DNA of 64,000 nucleotides from Cetorhinus maximus. Its lineage: Eukaryota. The stretch lies in contig NC_135886.1 of assembly GCF_964194155.1 (NCBI RefSeq), positions 100,130,001-100,194,000 of the forward strand. Reading direction: 5' to 3'. The notes beneath the pieces are model-generated. The model was not told the origin of the DNA. It saw only the letters and a program-made list of their open reading frames with translations, and did not search any database. A program made the position numbers and the translations under genes. This document shows, piece after piece, positions 62,898 through 64,000 of this stretch (within the stretch, counting starts at the first letter, position 1; every line of letters begins with the position of its first letter).

Positions 62898-63180
62898 CCC
62901 AATAAAGCGCTGAGTGCAACAGGAGACCCAAGTGAGAGGGCAACTCACAAAGAAGCACTGAGGGCAACAGAAAACCTCAGAGAGAGGGTGACAGCAAGAG
63001 ACCCCAGAGAGAGGGCAACTCCCAATAATGCACCAAGGGCAACAAGGGACCCCAGAGAGAGGCCAACTCCCAATAAAGCATTGAGGGCAACAAAAGATCC
63101 CAGAGGGAGAGCAGCAAAAGACCCAGAGGGAGGGCAACAAAAGACCCCAGACAGAGGGAGCCAAAAGACCCCAGAGCGCA
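62898..63180 (+). repeat. Tandem repeat, ~24-bp subunits in ~48-bp higher-order units
   Basis: Recurrent gagggcaacaaaagaccccagaga / gagggcaactcccaataaagcact, translating as a repeated NKALRATKDPRERATP-like peptide. Confidence 0.85.
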
Positions 63181-63284
63181 GGAGACAGATGGCAGTGCAG
63201 TGTGCAGATGTCTATGAGTGAAGGAAAGCTATCTGAGGTAACTCAAAAGAAGTAACATGCGCAATAAGTAACTGAAGCTATTTT

Positions 63285-64000
63285 ACAGGAAAATGTTCAC
63301 ATCAGAGCTGAACTGGAAGATTTGGAGCACACGATTCAAGCTGAGTATATAGCCTTGAAAATACATGATAAACTGAAGTCTTCAATGAACCAAGCTGTTC
63401 AAGATCTGAACAAACAAATTTCAGAGACGACACAAAAATACCAGGAGGAGATAACGACCCTCAATTCCACAGTTAGCAAATCAAAGCAGGATTTGACAAA
63501 GCTCAACCAGATGTACAACCAGAAAAACAGCAAGTGGAAAAGGCACGCAAAGAAGCTGGACCTCTGAAAGACTCCTTGAAGAATCAGTCTGTAGCCATGG
63601 AAAGACATGAAGAGCTACAGAGGACCATGCATATTACTTCAGAAAAAGCTGCATTGGAATTATTTGTAGCAACAAAACAATGCACTGAAGCCCAGAGTGA
63701 GTTGGCCAGGGATCAACAAGAAAATAAATAGTTGAAAGAACAGTTGATTTCCCTTCAAGGTCAAATGCAAAAGGAATGCGTAGCCATTCAACATGAAGAA
63801 ATGAAGACTGTGTTAAACAGCAGGATGGAAGCACAGCAGGAGAAACTCAAAGAAACTCTACTGAATTACAGGAAAACTCAAGTTGAAACAAAAGAGCTTC
63901 ATAAAGAAAAGGAAAACCTGTTCAAAGACCTTCATGTATTACAAGAAGCCATTAGATCAAAGGCTATTCTTCTGGAAAATTACAAAGGGCAGAATTTTGC
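63285..64000 (+). pseudogene. UACA/ANKRD24/RAI14-like coiled-coil coding fragment, disrupted
   Basis: Reads IQAEYIALKIHDKLKSS, SVAMERHEELQ, CVAIQHEEMKT and ETLLNYRKTQVETKELHKEKENLFKDLHVLQEAIRSK. These resemble the repeated Y(V/I)xxxxHE units and the EILANYRKGQEE segment of UACA. Stops and frameshifts are present. Confidence 0.6.

Larger units (their letters stand above)
61185..64000 (+). mobile_element. LTR retroelement 5' part (LTR, duplicated PBS, gag remnant, tandem repeat, coiled-coil cargo); runs off the window
   Basis: The LTR has AATAAA at ~61410 and ends ..ACAACA at ~61485. It is followed by TGGTTGGCAACGGTGGGAT (tRNA-Leu-type PBS), repeated at ~61530. A gag-like FDEILKDFDRYFKP lies at ~62810-62853. 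The LTR start is approximate. Confidence 0.65.

Noticed and set aside
62796-63164. Cys/Trp-rich 122-aa minus-strand ORF
   Set aside because: It is the antisense translation of the tandem repeat.
62898-63180. CRISPR-like repeat array
   Set aside because: The units are degenerate tandem repeats without unique spacers, there are no cas genes, and the context is vertebrate.
9500-64000. Expected neighbouring host gene (HMGN or SH3BGRL family) upstream of BRWD3
   Set aside because: No exon with HMGN (RRSARLSA) or SH3BGRL motifs was recognised. Very small exons could have been missed by eye.

Overview
This is eukaryotic vertebrate DNA, most likely from a cartilaginous fish (shark). That assignment is inferred from HER1/CR1-type LINE tails, SacSINE1/DeuSINE-like SINEs and shark-type Penelope-like repeats. 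Bases 1-8.6 kb hold the first six coding exons of a BRWD3-like gene (BRWD1/PHIP/BRWD3 family) on the minus strand, with a CpG-island promoter at about 8.5-9.5 kb. The remaining ~55 kb upstream is mostly nested, decayed transposable elements: many CR1/L2 fragments, three Gypsy LTR retrotransposons, a solo LTR, and Harbinger/PIF relics with Myb/SANT genes, separated by a few repeat-poor AT-rich blocks. Four observations stand out. (1) An ORF1-less LINE has a tRNA-Thr(AGT)-derived Pol III head, was inserted as one unit, and has a SINE partner sharing both its ends. (2) Palindromic Penelope-type elements carry minimal hammerhead ribozyme cores. (3) An LTR element appears to have captured a UACA/ANKRD24-like coiled-coil sequence. 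(4) There is a histone H2B 5' fragment in BRWD3 intron 4 and an exact 34-bp templated insertion. All family assignments come from motif recognition by eye; no database search was run, and most repeat boundaries are approximate unless a target-site duplication (TSD) is stated.
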